DNA from: Alphaproteobacteria bacterium
GTDB taxonomy: Bacteria; Pseudomonadota; Alphaproteobacteria; GCA-2731375
Direction: 5' to 3'
DNA: 64,000 nt
NCBI GenBank assembly: GCA_965225945.1
Contig: CBDDBZ010000039.1
Coordinates: 576,001 to 640,000 of the forward strand
In this document: in pieces, positions 52,498 to 64,000 of the stretch
Layout: every line of letters begins with the position of its first letter
Position numbering within the stretch: position 1 is the first letter of the stretch
Position numbers and translations under genes: made by a program
The notes under the pieces: model-generated
Seen by the model: only the letters and a program-made list of their open reading frames with translations
The model's database searches: none
Told to the model about the DNA's origin: nothing

Positions 52498-54760
52498 AGA
52501 ACATTCTTCGCATTTTGGCGGTCCTGTCGTTGGCGCTAGCCGGACCGTCGGCACAAGGACAAACGCCTCTCGACCTGATAACCGGTACACAAAGCGAAAA
52601 TTCCACCGGCGGATCGACATCGGAAGTGGAACTTCGCGAGCTTGTCCGCCTATTGAGCGATCCCGCGCTGATCGAGCGATTGAGGCAACGGTTGCCGGAG
52701 GAGGTGGAGCGGCAGTCGAGTGATGACTATTCGATTTCGAGGATACAGCAATATTTTCACGCCACGCTGGTACTGATCGAGAATAGAGCGAGCGCTGTCG
52801 TTCATGCGCTGATGACGGTTCCCCGGTTGCCCTGGGCTCTCGCCACGGCCTGGGATGAGATCATGGCCGCGAGCGATTTTCTTCAGTCGGCGATTTACGT
52901 GGTCGTCTTCTTGTTCGGCGGCTTTGGATTGGAATGGCTTTACTGGAGCTATTTATCGGCCACGCTGACCCGGATCGAACTTTCGCAACCAAAGAGCTAC
53001 GGCAGTGTCTTGAAGGCCGCCATACTACGAGCCGCCCTGCTGTTTGGAAGCATTGCCGTATTCGCGTTTGGAAGCGTCGGACTATTTATCGGCTTTGAAT
53101 GGTCCCCCTTTATCGAGCATATTGTCACTTCGCTATTAGCCGGCGTAATAATTATGAGAGTCATCGTCATGATTGCTGTATTTGTCCTCGCTTCCAAAGT
53201 CGATGGTTTGAGATTGTTGCCGCTTGACAAGGCGGCGGCGAAAAACATTTTCACCTGGATCTTGGCTATCGGCGGGATCGGCCTTGTCGGCTATCTGGGT
53301 TCGACACCATCGACCGGATGGACATAGCGGCCCCGTCATTGTTGGCCATCGAATCGATTGCTGGCTTATTGTTCGTAACCGCGCTGGTCGCCGCGTTTTG
53401 GCGGACCGATCTCATGCGCCATCGAATTGTCGCGACACCTGGCGGGGATGGTGTCGCGGTCACCGGTGCGCTCTTGCTGGCGCCGGGGAACTTCAGGCTC
53501 GTGCTGTCGAATGTTATCGTTCTAGTTGCTTTCATGCTATGGCTACTCGGCATCGACGCGGTGCTGTGGACGCTGGTCACTTTATCTCTCCTATTCCCGG
53601 CCATCGCGCTCTCCCGGACCATGATCAATCACATTTTCGACAACGTCGAGGATCTAACTCCGATTGCGGCGGAGGATGGCGATGATTTGGAAGAGGAAAA
53701 CGCGTCCGAAATACCAAGCCGTTATCAACTGTACCGTCCGATCGCGTATCGATTGGTCCGATTTGTCCTGACTATCGCCGCCATCCTGACACTCGGCGCG
53801 ATATGGGACGTCACGTCGTTATTGAGCGCGACGTCAGATTCACTCGCCGAGAAAATTTTTGGATTCATCATCGACGTCGTCTTCGCCTTGCTCGTCGCCG
53901 ATTTGATTTGGACTTGGGCGAAAACCGCGATCGAGCGAAAATTGGCCTCCATACCGACACCCGAACCTGGAAGTGCTCCGGGACCGAAAGCTCGAATGGC
54001 AACCTTGCTACCGATGATAAAGAAGGTCTTGTTGATCACCATCATTATCATGGTGACGCTTATTTTTCTGTCATCATTGGGGGTCAACGTCGCCCCGATC
54101 TTGGCCGGCGCGGGCGTGCTGGGTATCGCCTTGGGTTTCGGCGCCCAGGCCTTGGTAATCGATATCTTTTCCGGAGTGTTCTTTCTGATCGATGATGCCT
54201 TTCGGGTCGGTGAATATATTGAAATGGGTGATTTTCGAGGCACTGTCGAAGCCGTTTCCATCCGTCCATTGCGCGTGCGTCATCATCGCGGGGCTTTGCA
54301 TACGATTCCGTACGGAGAATTGAAGTCCTTGACCAACTACAGCCGTGACTGGGTCATAATGAAACTGGAATTTCGAGTTCCGTTCGACACGGATATCAAG
54401 TTGATAAAGAAGATCGTCAAGAAGGTCGGCGCAAAGTTGAAGGATAATCCCGATTATGGTCATCACATAATTCAAGATCTGAAGTCCCAGGGCGTGCGGA
54501 GGATGGAGGAATTCAACATGGTGGTGGGCATCAAGTTCATGGCGGTACCAGGTGAGCAATGGACGATTCGCCGCGACAGCTATCAAATGATCCGCGACGA
54601 GTTTGAAAAGAACGGTATCGTCTTCGCGCAACGTCATGTCAAGGTCGAGGTCGTCAGCGATAGGCCGCTGACAGAGCAGGAAGAAGAAGCCGCCGCGAGC
54701 GCGGCACAGGAGAGTGTCGAACAGCAGGAGCCCGCGGGTCCGGCACCGGATGAACCTTAG
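52494..54760 (+). CDS. Large MscS-family mechanosensitive channel, frameshifted near 53300 (about 755 aa if repaired)
   Basis: Signal peptide and many TM helices in 52494..53327. The MscS core (LAGAGVLGIALGFGAQ, DAFRVGEYI, GTVE, NYSRDW) lies in 53318..54760. Inserting one T at 53300-53301 fuses the two. Confidence 0.82.
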
Positions 54761-54865
54761 AGTCCGAGCGAAAAGTCGCCATTGGCGGCCCTTGGCGGCG
54801 AAGCGCCGGTGGTTCCCTATGATCGGGCGGCGCTATAGCATCTCCCTCCGTGGGGAGGGGCGGCC

Positions 54866-58159
<3,294 letters not shown>

Positions 58160-58210
58160 GGCCGAAATGACGGCATCCGAGATCGGCTACGCCAGGGGAG
58201 GAGACAGGCC

Positions 58211-59404
58211 ATGAAGATCATCCCGGAAATCGCCGCGCGAGCCGAGGAGCTCGGCCAAATCCGCCGCGACATCCATGCCCATCCCGAGCTCGGCTTCGAG
58301 GAGAGCCGGACCTCGGACCTCGTCGCCGGCCTGCTGGAATCCTGGGGAATCGAGGTCCATCGCGGTCTCGCCGGCACCGGCGTCGTCGGCACGCTGCGGG
58401 CCGGCGAGGACAAGCGCGCCATCGGGCTTCGCGCCGACATGGACGCGCTGCCGATCCAGGAGGCGAACGATTTCGCCCACCGCTCGCGGAACGAGGGCAA
58501 GATGCACGCCTGCGGCCACGACGGCCACACCACGATGCTGCTGGGCGCGGCCCGTTACCTGGCCGAAACCCGCGACTTCGACGGCACCGTCCATTTCGTC
58601 TTCCAGCCGGCGGAGGAGGGCCTGGGCGGTGCCCGGGCGATGGTCGAGCAGGGGCTGTTTCGCGATTTTCCGATGCAGCGAATCTACGGCATGCACAACA
58701 CGCCCTCGCTCGGCCCCGGTCGCTTCGCCATCCGGGCGGGCCCGATGATGGCGGGCGGCGCCTTCTTCGACATCGAGATCACCGGGCGCGGTGCCCACGG
58801 CGCCCGGCCGGAGGGCAGCGTCGATCCCGTGGTGGTCGCGGCCCAGATCATCACCGCGCTGCAGACCATCGTCGCCCGCAACACAGCGCCGCGAGAGGCC
58901 GCCGTGGTGAGCGTGACCCGCCTGCATGCCGGCGAGGCTTACAACGTCATTCCCGGCGAGGCGCGGCTCGGCGGCACGGTTCGGGTGTTCAGCGCCGAGA
59001 CCATGGCGCTGGTGGAGCGGCGGATGGCTGAATTGTCGGGGGGCATCGCGCGAAGCTTCGGCGCCACCGCCCGGCTCGATTTCCGCGAGATCTTCCGCCC
59101 CCTCGTCAACGACGCGGAAGAGACCGCCTTCGCCGCCGAGGTGGCGGCAGAACTGGTGGGGCCCGAGAACGTCGAGCGCGAGCGCTCGCTGGTCATGGCC
59201 TCGGAGGATTTCTCCGACATGCTGGCGGCCTGCCCCGGGGCCTACATTTATATCGGTAACGGCGACGAGACTGGCCAGGGGGGCGAGGCCTGCCAGGTGC
59301 ACAATGCCGGCTACGATTTCAACGACGCGATCCTGCCCTTGGGCGCGAGCTACTGGAGCCGCCTGGTGGAAACCAAGCTGGCGCGCGAGCGGCCGGCGGG
59401 CTGA
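58211..59404 (+). CDS. M20D amidohydrolase (hippurate hydrolase-like)
   Basis: HPELGFEE, LRADMDAL, MHACGHDGH, FQPAEE and SEDF. Confidence 0.94.
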   Translation: MKIIPEIAARAEELGQIRRDIHAHPELGFEESRTSDLVAGLLESWGIEVHRGLAGTGVVGTLRAGEDKRAIGLRADMDALPIQEANDFAHRSRNEGKMHACGHDGHTTMLLGAARYLAETRDFDGTVHFVFQPAEEGLGGARAMVEQGLFRDFPMQRIYGMHNTPSLGPGRFAIRAGPMMAGGAFFDIEITGRGAHGARPEGSVDPVVVAAQIITALQTIVARNTAPREAAVVSVTRLHAGEAYNVIPGEARLGGTVRVFSAETMALVERRMAELSGGIARSFGATARLDFREIFRPLVNDAEETAFAAEVAAELVGPENVERERSLVMASEDFSDMLAACPGAYIYIGNGDETGQGGEACQVHNAGYDFNDAILPLGASYWSRLVETKLARERPAG

Positions 59405-59507
59405 TACCAACGGACCTGGGCCCCGGCCGCTCCGATCCCCCGGCCACGCCCCATGCGGCGGGCCACGATCGCGGGCGAAGGCCCGGTCCGAGCCGTTTCG
59501 AATCGGC

Positions 59508-60296
59508 TCAGCGCGGCCAGTCGCGCAAATTCACCAGGCCGCCGTCGATCGGCAGCAAGATCCCGGTGACCCAGCGCGCTTCGTCGCTGGCCAGGTAGAG
59601 CGCGCCCCAAGCGACGTCCCAGGCGGTGCCCCGCGTCGCCATCGGCACCTGGTCGACGCGGCGTTGGCGCGCCTCCTCGCCCATGTGGGCGACCATGGGC
59701 GTGTCCACCGTGCCGACAATGATGCAGTTGCTGCGAATGCCGTCGCGGGCGAAGTCGGCGGCGACCGAATAGCTGAAGCCGTGCATGCCGGCCTTGGAGG
59801 TCGCATAGGCGGCGGCGCCGACGGCGCTGATCAGCCCGCGGGCACCGGCGATCGAGGAGATGTTGATGATCGAGCCACCGCCGGCCCGCTTCAGCGCCGG
59901 GATCGCCGCCTTGGTGCATTGCATCATCGACTTCAAATTGACCTCGAGGACCGCGTCCCAGTCGGCTTCCTCGACCACCTCGGCGGTGCCGCCCTGGCCG
60001 ATGCCGACGTTGTTGACCAGGATATCGAGGCGGCCGTGGCGCGCTTCGGCCAGGGCGACCATGGCGCCCGCGTCCTCGGCCCGGGTCGCGTCGCCGGCAA
60101 AAACCGAGGCCTCGCCGCCCTCGCCGGCGATCTCGACGCGGAGCGCCTCGGCCCGTTCCTCGGAGCGGTTGACCAGGACCACGCTAGCGCCTTCGCGGGC
60201 GAAGAGGATCGCCATCGCCTTGCCGTTGCCGACACCCTCGCCGCGCGAGGCCGCGCCGGTGACGATGGCGACCTTGCCGTCCAGCCGTCCGGTCAA
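59508..60296 (-). CDS. Short-chain dehydrogenase/reductase
   Basis: VTGAA...GNG, LVNNVG, YATSK and IDGG; AAGGAG RBS with a TTG start. Confidence 0.93.
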   Translation of the reverse strand: MTGRLDGKVAIVTGAASRGEGVGNGKAMAILFAREGASVVLVNRSEERAEALRVEIAGEGGEASVFAGDATRAEDAGAMVALAEARHGRLDILVNNVGIGQGGTAEVVEEADWDAVLEVNLKSMMQCTKAAIPALKRAGGGSIINISSIAGARGLISAVGAAAYATSKAGMHGFSYSVAADFARDGIRSNCIIVGTVDTPMVAHMGEEARQRRVDQVPMATRGTAWDVAWGALYLASDEARWVTGILLPIDGGLVNLRDWPR

Positions 60297-60512
60297 TGTT
60301 TCTCACTCCTTGAAACCGACTTGTCCCAATTGACCGCCGGTTCTGGCCATGACGCTAGCCATTTGGGCCTTCGATGGCAATTTGGCGATCGTTCGCCGCG
60401 CAGGGGGCGCCCGCCGCCGGTCCGCGGCGACGAGGATACACCTCGTCATGACCACGCGAGCGGCGCCGTGTTCGATGGAATTGGCGCCTGTCGGCAAGCG
60501 CGCCGGCACCTC

Positions 60513-60581
60513 TGTCCCATTTTGAAACTGTATTAAACTAGAACAACTGCCCCAATTTGAACTATTTGTCCTAATTCAGAA
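60513..60581. promoter_or_regulatory. Candidate enhancer (UAS) repeats for a sigma-54 activator
   Basis: TGTCCCATTTTGAAAC (60513), TGCCCAATTTGAAC (60548) and TGTCCTAATTCAGAAC (60566) in an AT-rich tract 80-150 bp upstream of the -24 box. Confidence 0.45.
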
Positions 60582-60659
60582 CGTACCGATTTGGGGATTT
60601 CCGCTCAATAGAGGGATGCGACGCGGGAAAACCCTTGGAATCCCACAGGTGCCCATAGT

Positions 60660-60675
60660 TGGCACGCCCCTTGCT
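60660..60675 (+). promoter_or_regulatory. Sigma-54 (-24/-12) promoter
   Basis: TGGCACG-CCCC-TTGCT is an exact match to TGGCACG-N4-TTGCW. Confidence 0.85.
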
Positions 60676-60684
60676 ATGTATGTT

Positions 60685-60817
60685 GGTGAAGGCCACGAGG
60701 CGGTCCGACCCGGCAAGCGGTTTTCACCTAGAGTGTAGATTCCCTCTCTGTCTGACCGTTCATGCCCTCAACCCGGTCAGACGTCGCTTTCGGGCGCCCT
60801 CGGGCGCCCTTTTCTTT
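60685..60817 (+). ncRNA. Putative sigma-54-dependent small RNA (about 130 nt)
   Basis: Begins at the predicted +1. Stems at 60685-94/60719-28 and 60750-58/60774-82, CU-rich single-stranded segments, and a terminator at the end. No credible ORF. Confidence 0.7.
60792..60817 (+). terminator. Rho-independent terminator
   Basis: GGGCGCC-CTCG-GGCGCCC followed by TTTTCTTT. The T tract is present only for a + strand transcript. Confidence 0.85.
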
Positions 60818-60917
60818 GCTTATAGGCCCTGTCGGGACGAATTGCCATCACCATTCGTCAACGCCATCGGGGCGCCCGGGCCGCGGGATCGGGCGCGATG
60901 CGGCCCGAGTCCCGCGA

Positions 60918-62315
60918 TTATTTCTCCAGCGCGGCGCGGGCGCGGGCGATCTCGCCGGCCAGTAGGTCGGCTTGCGGCAGGCCGGGCTCGATCTTGGCCA
61001 GCAGCCGCTCCCAGAGCTCGACCGCGCGGGCCAATCGGCCGGACCGGGATTCGGAGAGGCCGACGAACCACAGCGCCTCGCCGTGCTCGGGATCGAGCTC
61101 CAGAACCCGTCTGAAATCGTCGAGCGCCGCGGCCGGGAGCGCCGCCTCGTCGGCGGCGGCGGCGATCGAGGCGCGCGCGCGGGCCACCAGCGGCGCCGGA
61201 TGCTCGGGGCGAAGCGCGCTCGCCCGGCCATAGGCCGCCACCGCCTCGGCCCCGCGTTGCAACACACCGTAGGCGCGGCCGAGCCGCATCCAGCCGTCGA
61301 AATCCTCGGGCGTCTGCTCCAGCCGCGCGGCCAGCCGCGCGACCATGGCCCCGATGAACGCGGCCCGCTCACCTTCGTCCATGCCCTCGACCAGGGAGGG
61401 ATCGGGCGCGCCCGGCGCCGCCGTCCTCGCCCGGGCCTCATGGCTGCGCAGGCGCGCCAGGAACGCCGGCGGCAACTCATCTTCCAGCGGAATCGCCAAC
61501 TTCTCGCCCGCCCGGGCGAGCCTGAGCAACACCCGATCGAGCCAGGGAGCGTCCACCGAGGCCGTCTTGGCCAGCGCGAGCCAGCCGTCGAAGGCCGCCT
61601 GCGGCCGGCCCGCCTGCCATTCCGCCAGCGCCAGGTAGTAATGCGGGCGGGGCAAGGCCGGATCGCGCGCCCGCGCCGCCTCGAAGGCCGCGCGCGCGGC
61701 CGGGCGAACCGTGCCCTCGGCGGCAAGGGTCAGCGCCTCGCCGAGGTCCGCCTCGCTCCGCGCCTCGCCCGGCGCGCGCGCCACCGCCTCGTAAAAGGCC
61801 TCCGCTGCCGCCGTCGCGCGACCGTGTGCCAAAAGCGCGTGGCCGAGAACACGCCAGCCCTCGACGTCGCCCGGCGCCTCGGCCAGGCGGGCTCGGAGCT
61901 GCCGGACTTCCTTGCTCAGCGGTGCCCGCGCCTCGGCCTCCGGGCGCGGCGCGGGCACCGCGCCCTCCAGCCCGGGCGAACCGAGAAGCGCGTAAAGCCC
62001 AAGCGCGATCGCCGGCAGGGCGAGCACGACGACGATCGCCGGCAGACGGGAGCGGTCCCCCGCCTCGCCGCCATCCTCCGCCAGGTCGACCAGGCGGAGC
62101 AGCCGGCGTTCGATCTCCAGCCGCGCCGTGGCCGCCTCCCCGGCCCCGATCAGGCCCCGCACGAGATCCTCCTCCAGCTCCGCCAATTGCCGGCGGTGAA
62201 CGGCGATATCGTGCTCGCGCCGGGCCCTGGGCGCGCGGGCGCGGCCGAACAACGGCACCAGCAGCATGGCCGTCATCGAGGCCGCCAGCACTGCCAGAAC
62301 GAGCCAGAGACTCAT
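60918..62315 (-). CDS. ccmI: Cytochrome c biogenesis protein CcmI/CycH
   Basis: TM helix, HRRQLAELEEDLVRGLI, LYALLGSP and two TPR blocks (GWRVLG; MVARLAARL...GWMRLGRAY). Confidence 0.9.
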   Translation of the reverse strand: MSLWLVLAVLAASMTAMLLVPLFGRARAPRARREHDIAVHRRQLAELEEDLVRGLIGAGEAATARLEIERRLLRLVDLAEDGGEAGDRSRLPAIVVVLALPAIALGLYALLGSPGLEGAVPAPRPEAEARAPLSKEVRQLRARLAEAPGDVEGWRVLGHALLAHGRATAAAEAFYEAVARAPGEARSEADLGEALTLAAEGTVRPAARAAFEAARARDPALPRPHYYLALAEWQAGRPQAAFDGWLALAKTASVDAPWLDRVLLRLARAGEKLAIPLEDELPPAFLARLRSHEARARTAAPGAPDPSLVEGMDEGERAAFIGAMVARLAARLEQTPEDFDGWMRLGRAYGVLQRGAEAVAAYGRASALRPEHPAPLVARARASIAAAADEAALPAAALDDFRRVLELDPEHGEALWFVGLSESRSGRLARAVELWERLLAKIEPGLPQADLLAGEIARARAALEK

Positions 62316-62791
62316 ACCGGCCCGTCCTCTTCGGCCAGCAGGTCCTCGAGCCGGCGGCGCTCGTCGGCCGCCAGCGCCGCCGGCGCCGCCGCGCTTTGCC
62401 GGCGCCGGCGATACCACAGGACGACGCCGAGACCGCCCCCGATCAGCAGCAGCGCCGGGGCCAGCCAGATCAGCGCCGTCGCTGGGCGAAACGGCGGCCG
62501 CAACAGCACCCACTCGCCGTAGCGTCGAACCAGAAACGCCCGCACCTCGTCGTCGCCGTCGCCCGCCACCAATCGCTCGCGCACCAGGGTGCGCAGATCG
62601 CGGGCCAGTTCGGCGTTGGATTCGGCGATCGACTGGTTCTGACAGACGAGGCAGCGGATTTCCCGGTGCAGCGCCAGCGCCCGGGCCTCGAGGGCGGGAT
62701 CGACAAGCGGCACCTCCGGCGCGCTCTGGGCCCAGGCCGTCGCGGCGAACGCCAGCACCGCCGAGGCCAGAGCCACGCGAAACCTCAGCAT
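62312..62791 (-). CDS. ccmH: Cytochrome c biogenesis protein CcmH/CycL
   Basis: IRCLVCQNQSIAES and RYGEWVLLRP. Confidence 0.95.
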   Translation of the reverse strand: MLRFRVALASAVLAFAATAWAQSAPEVPLVDPALEARALALHREIRCLVCQNQSIAESNAELARDLRTLVRERLVAGDGDDEVRAFLVRRYGEWVLLRPPFRPATALIWLAPALLLIGGGLGVVLWYRRRRQSAAAPAALAADERRRLEDLLAEEDGPV

Positions 62792-63396
62792 GCCACCGCC
62801 TCTCCGGCCCGTGCCGCCCGGATCGCGGGCAACAGTTTGGTTTCGAGGGCTTGCTCCGATATCGCGCCGATGTGCTTGCAAACGATGCGGCTGCCGGCAT
62901 CGACGACGAAGCTTTCCGGCACCCCGTAGACGCCCCAGTCGATCGCCACCCGGCCGGCCCGGTCGGCGCCGACGCCCTGATAGGGATCGCCGAAGCGGGT
63001 CAGCCAGCGGAGCGCCGGCTCCCGCTCGTCCTTGTAGTTGAGGCCGTGGACGGTGACGATTCCCCGCTCCTTCAGTCGCATCAGGATCGGATGTTCGATC
63101 CGGCAGGTGAAGCACCAGGAGGCGAAGACGTTGACCAGCGTCACCTCGCCCACCAAGTCGGCGCTGGCGAGGCCCGGCGCGCGGCCCTCGATCGGCGGCA
63201 GGTCGAACTCGGGCACGGCTGAGCCGATGAGGGCGGAGGGAATCTCGCGGGGTGCCAGGTAGAGACCGTGCAGCAGAAAGCCGCCGAGCGCCACGAAGGC
63301 GAGCAGCGGCACCAGCGCGAAGCCGAGGCCCAGGGGATTTCGGAGGGGACTCCGCGGCGCGTCGTCTCCACCGGCGTCGTTCTCCGAGGTGCGCAT
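62785..63396 (-). CDS. ccmG: Thiol:disulfide interchange protein CcmG/DsbE
   Basis: NVFASWCFTCRIEHP and WGVYGVPE. Confidence 0.95.
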   Translation of the reverse strand: MRTSENDAGGDDAPRSPLRNPLGLGFALVPLLAFVALGGFLLHGLYLAPREIPSALIGSAVPEFDLPPIEGRAPGLASADLVGEVTLVNVFASWCFTCRIEHPILMRLKERGIVTVHGLNYKDEREPALRWLTRFGDPYQGVGADRAGRVAIDWGVYGVPESFVVDAGSRIVCKHIGAISEQALETKLLPAIRAARAGEAVAC

Positions 63397-63406
63397 CGGC
63401 CGTCTC

Positions 63407-64000
63407 CTATTCCGCCGCCGCCGGCGCCGGCGCCATCGGCGCGAGGCGACGGCGGAGGGGCGCGCCGACCCGGTGGCGGCGGTCGCTCAGCGAGAGCGCG
63501 CCCCCCAGCACCATGATCAACGCGCCGCCCCAGATCCAATGCACCAGCGGCTTGAAATAAAGCCGCGTCGACCAGGCGCCGTCGCCCACCGGCTCGCCGA
63601 TCACGGCGTAGAGATCGCCGCCGGGCCGGGGCTGGATCGCCGCCTCGGTGGTCTGCATCGGCGGGTTCGGATAGCGCCGCGACTGCGGTGCCAGGACGGC
63701 GATCTCGGCGCCGTCGCGGAACACCCGAAAGCGGCCCTCGACGGCGGCGTAGTTCGGCCCCCGGACCGGGCGCACCCCCTCGAAGCGGTAGACATGGTCG
63801 CCGACCCGGGCCTCCTCGCCGGGTTTCAGCGGCAGCAGGCGTTCGCTCTCCCAGGCGGTCGAGGCGACGATACCGAGCAGCACCACGCCGGCGCCCCCAT
63901 GCGCCACCGTCATCCCCCAGGCGGCGCGCGGCAGCGCCACGGCCCGGCGCCAACTGTCCCGCGCGGGCGCGCGAAAGAGCTTCACCCGGTCCGCCAGCCC
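63407..64000 (-). CDS. ccmF: Heme lyase CcmF/CycK (C-terminal part; 5' truncated by window)
   Basis: AHGG.G, GPNY, TTEAAI, DLYAVIGE and KPLVHWIWGG. The frame is open to the window end. Confidence 0.93.
   Translation of the reverse strand, partial: GLADRVKLFRAPARDSWRRAVALPRAAWGMTVAHGGAGVVLLGIVASTAWESERLLPLKPGEEARVGDHVYRFEGVRPVRGPNYAAVEGRFRVFRDGAEIAVLAPQSRRYPNPPMQTTEAAIQPRPGGDLYAVIGEPVGDGAWSTRLYFKPLVHWIWGGALIMVLGGALSLSDRRHRVGAPLRRRLAPMAPAPAAAE

Noticed and set aside
60659-61114. ORFs 60659..61114 and 60762..60965, plus a 20-codon ORF from ATG 60676
   Set aside because: The two longer ORFs run through the terminator into ccmI antisense and have poor codon bias. The short ORF starts upstream of the predicted +1.
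60918-64000. ccmF-G-H-I order differing from rhizobial cycHJKL
   Set aside because: This is a known common arrangement and not novel.

Overview
A 64 kb window of a very GC-rich alphaproteobacterial chromosome; the gene orders look Rhodospirillales-like (inference). About 60 protein-coding genes are present. Housekeeping blocks: rlmN-dusA, class II DAHP synthase, gor, yebC-ruvCAB-ybgC-tolQRAB-pal-cpoB-tilS, dapDE, def-fmt-truA, mnmA and ccmFGHI. These are interleaved with small-molecule catabolic genes: LLM oxidoreductases, a BKACE-family protein, a haloacid dehalogenase, a Rieske oxygenase, an M20 amidohydrolase and SDRs. No rRNA, tRNA or CRISPR array was seen. The main unexplained features are: (1) an ORF-free candidate sRNA of about 130 nt at ~60685-60817 with a perfect sigma-54 promoter, upstream repeated motifs, two hairpins and an intrinsic terminator; (2) a lower-GC insert (~51290-54760) encoding a CyaC-like heme/ferredoxin membrane sensor without a cyclase domain, coupled to a large MscS-like channel and flanked by a cyclase remnant and a SAM-cyclase-STAND-TPR gene; (3) a 378-bp insert with an orphan BrnA antitoxin between ~60-bp diverged direct repeats at the dusA 3' end. 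There is also a double-hairpin palindromic element, an IS6 scar, and two single-base frameshifts that may be sequencing errors. All calls come from reading motifs by eye; no searches were run.
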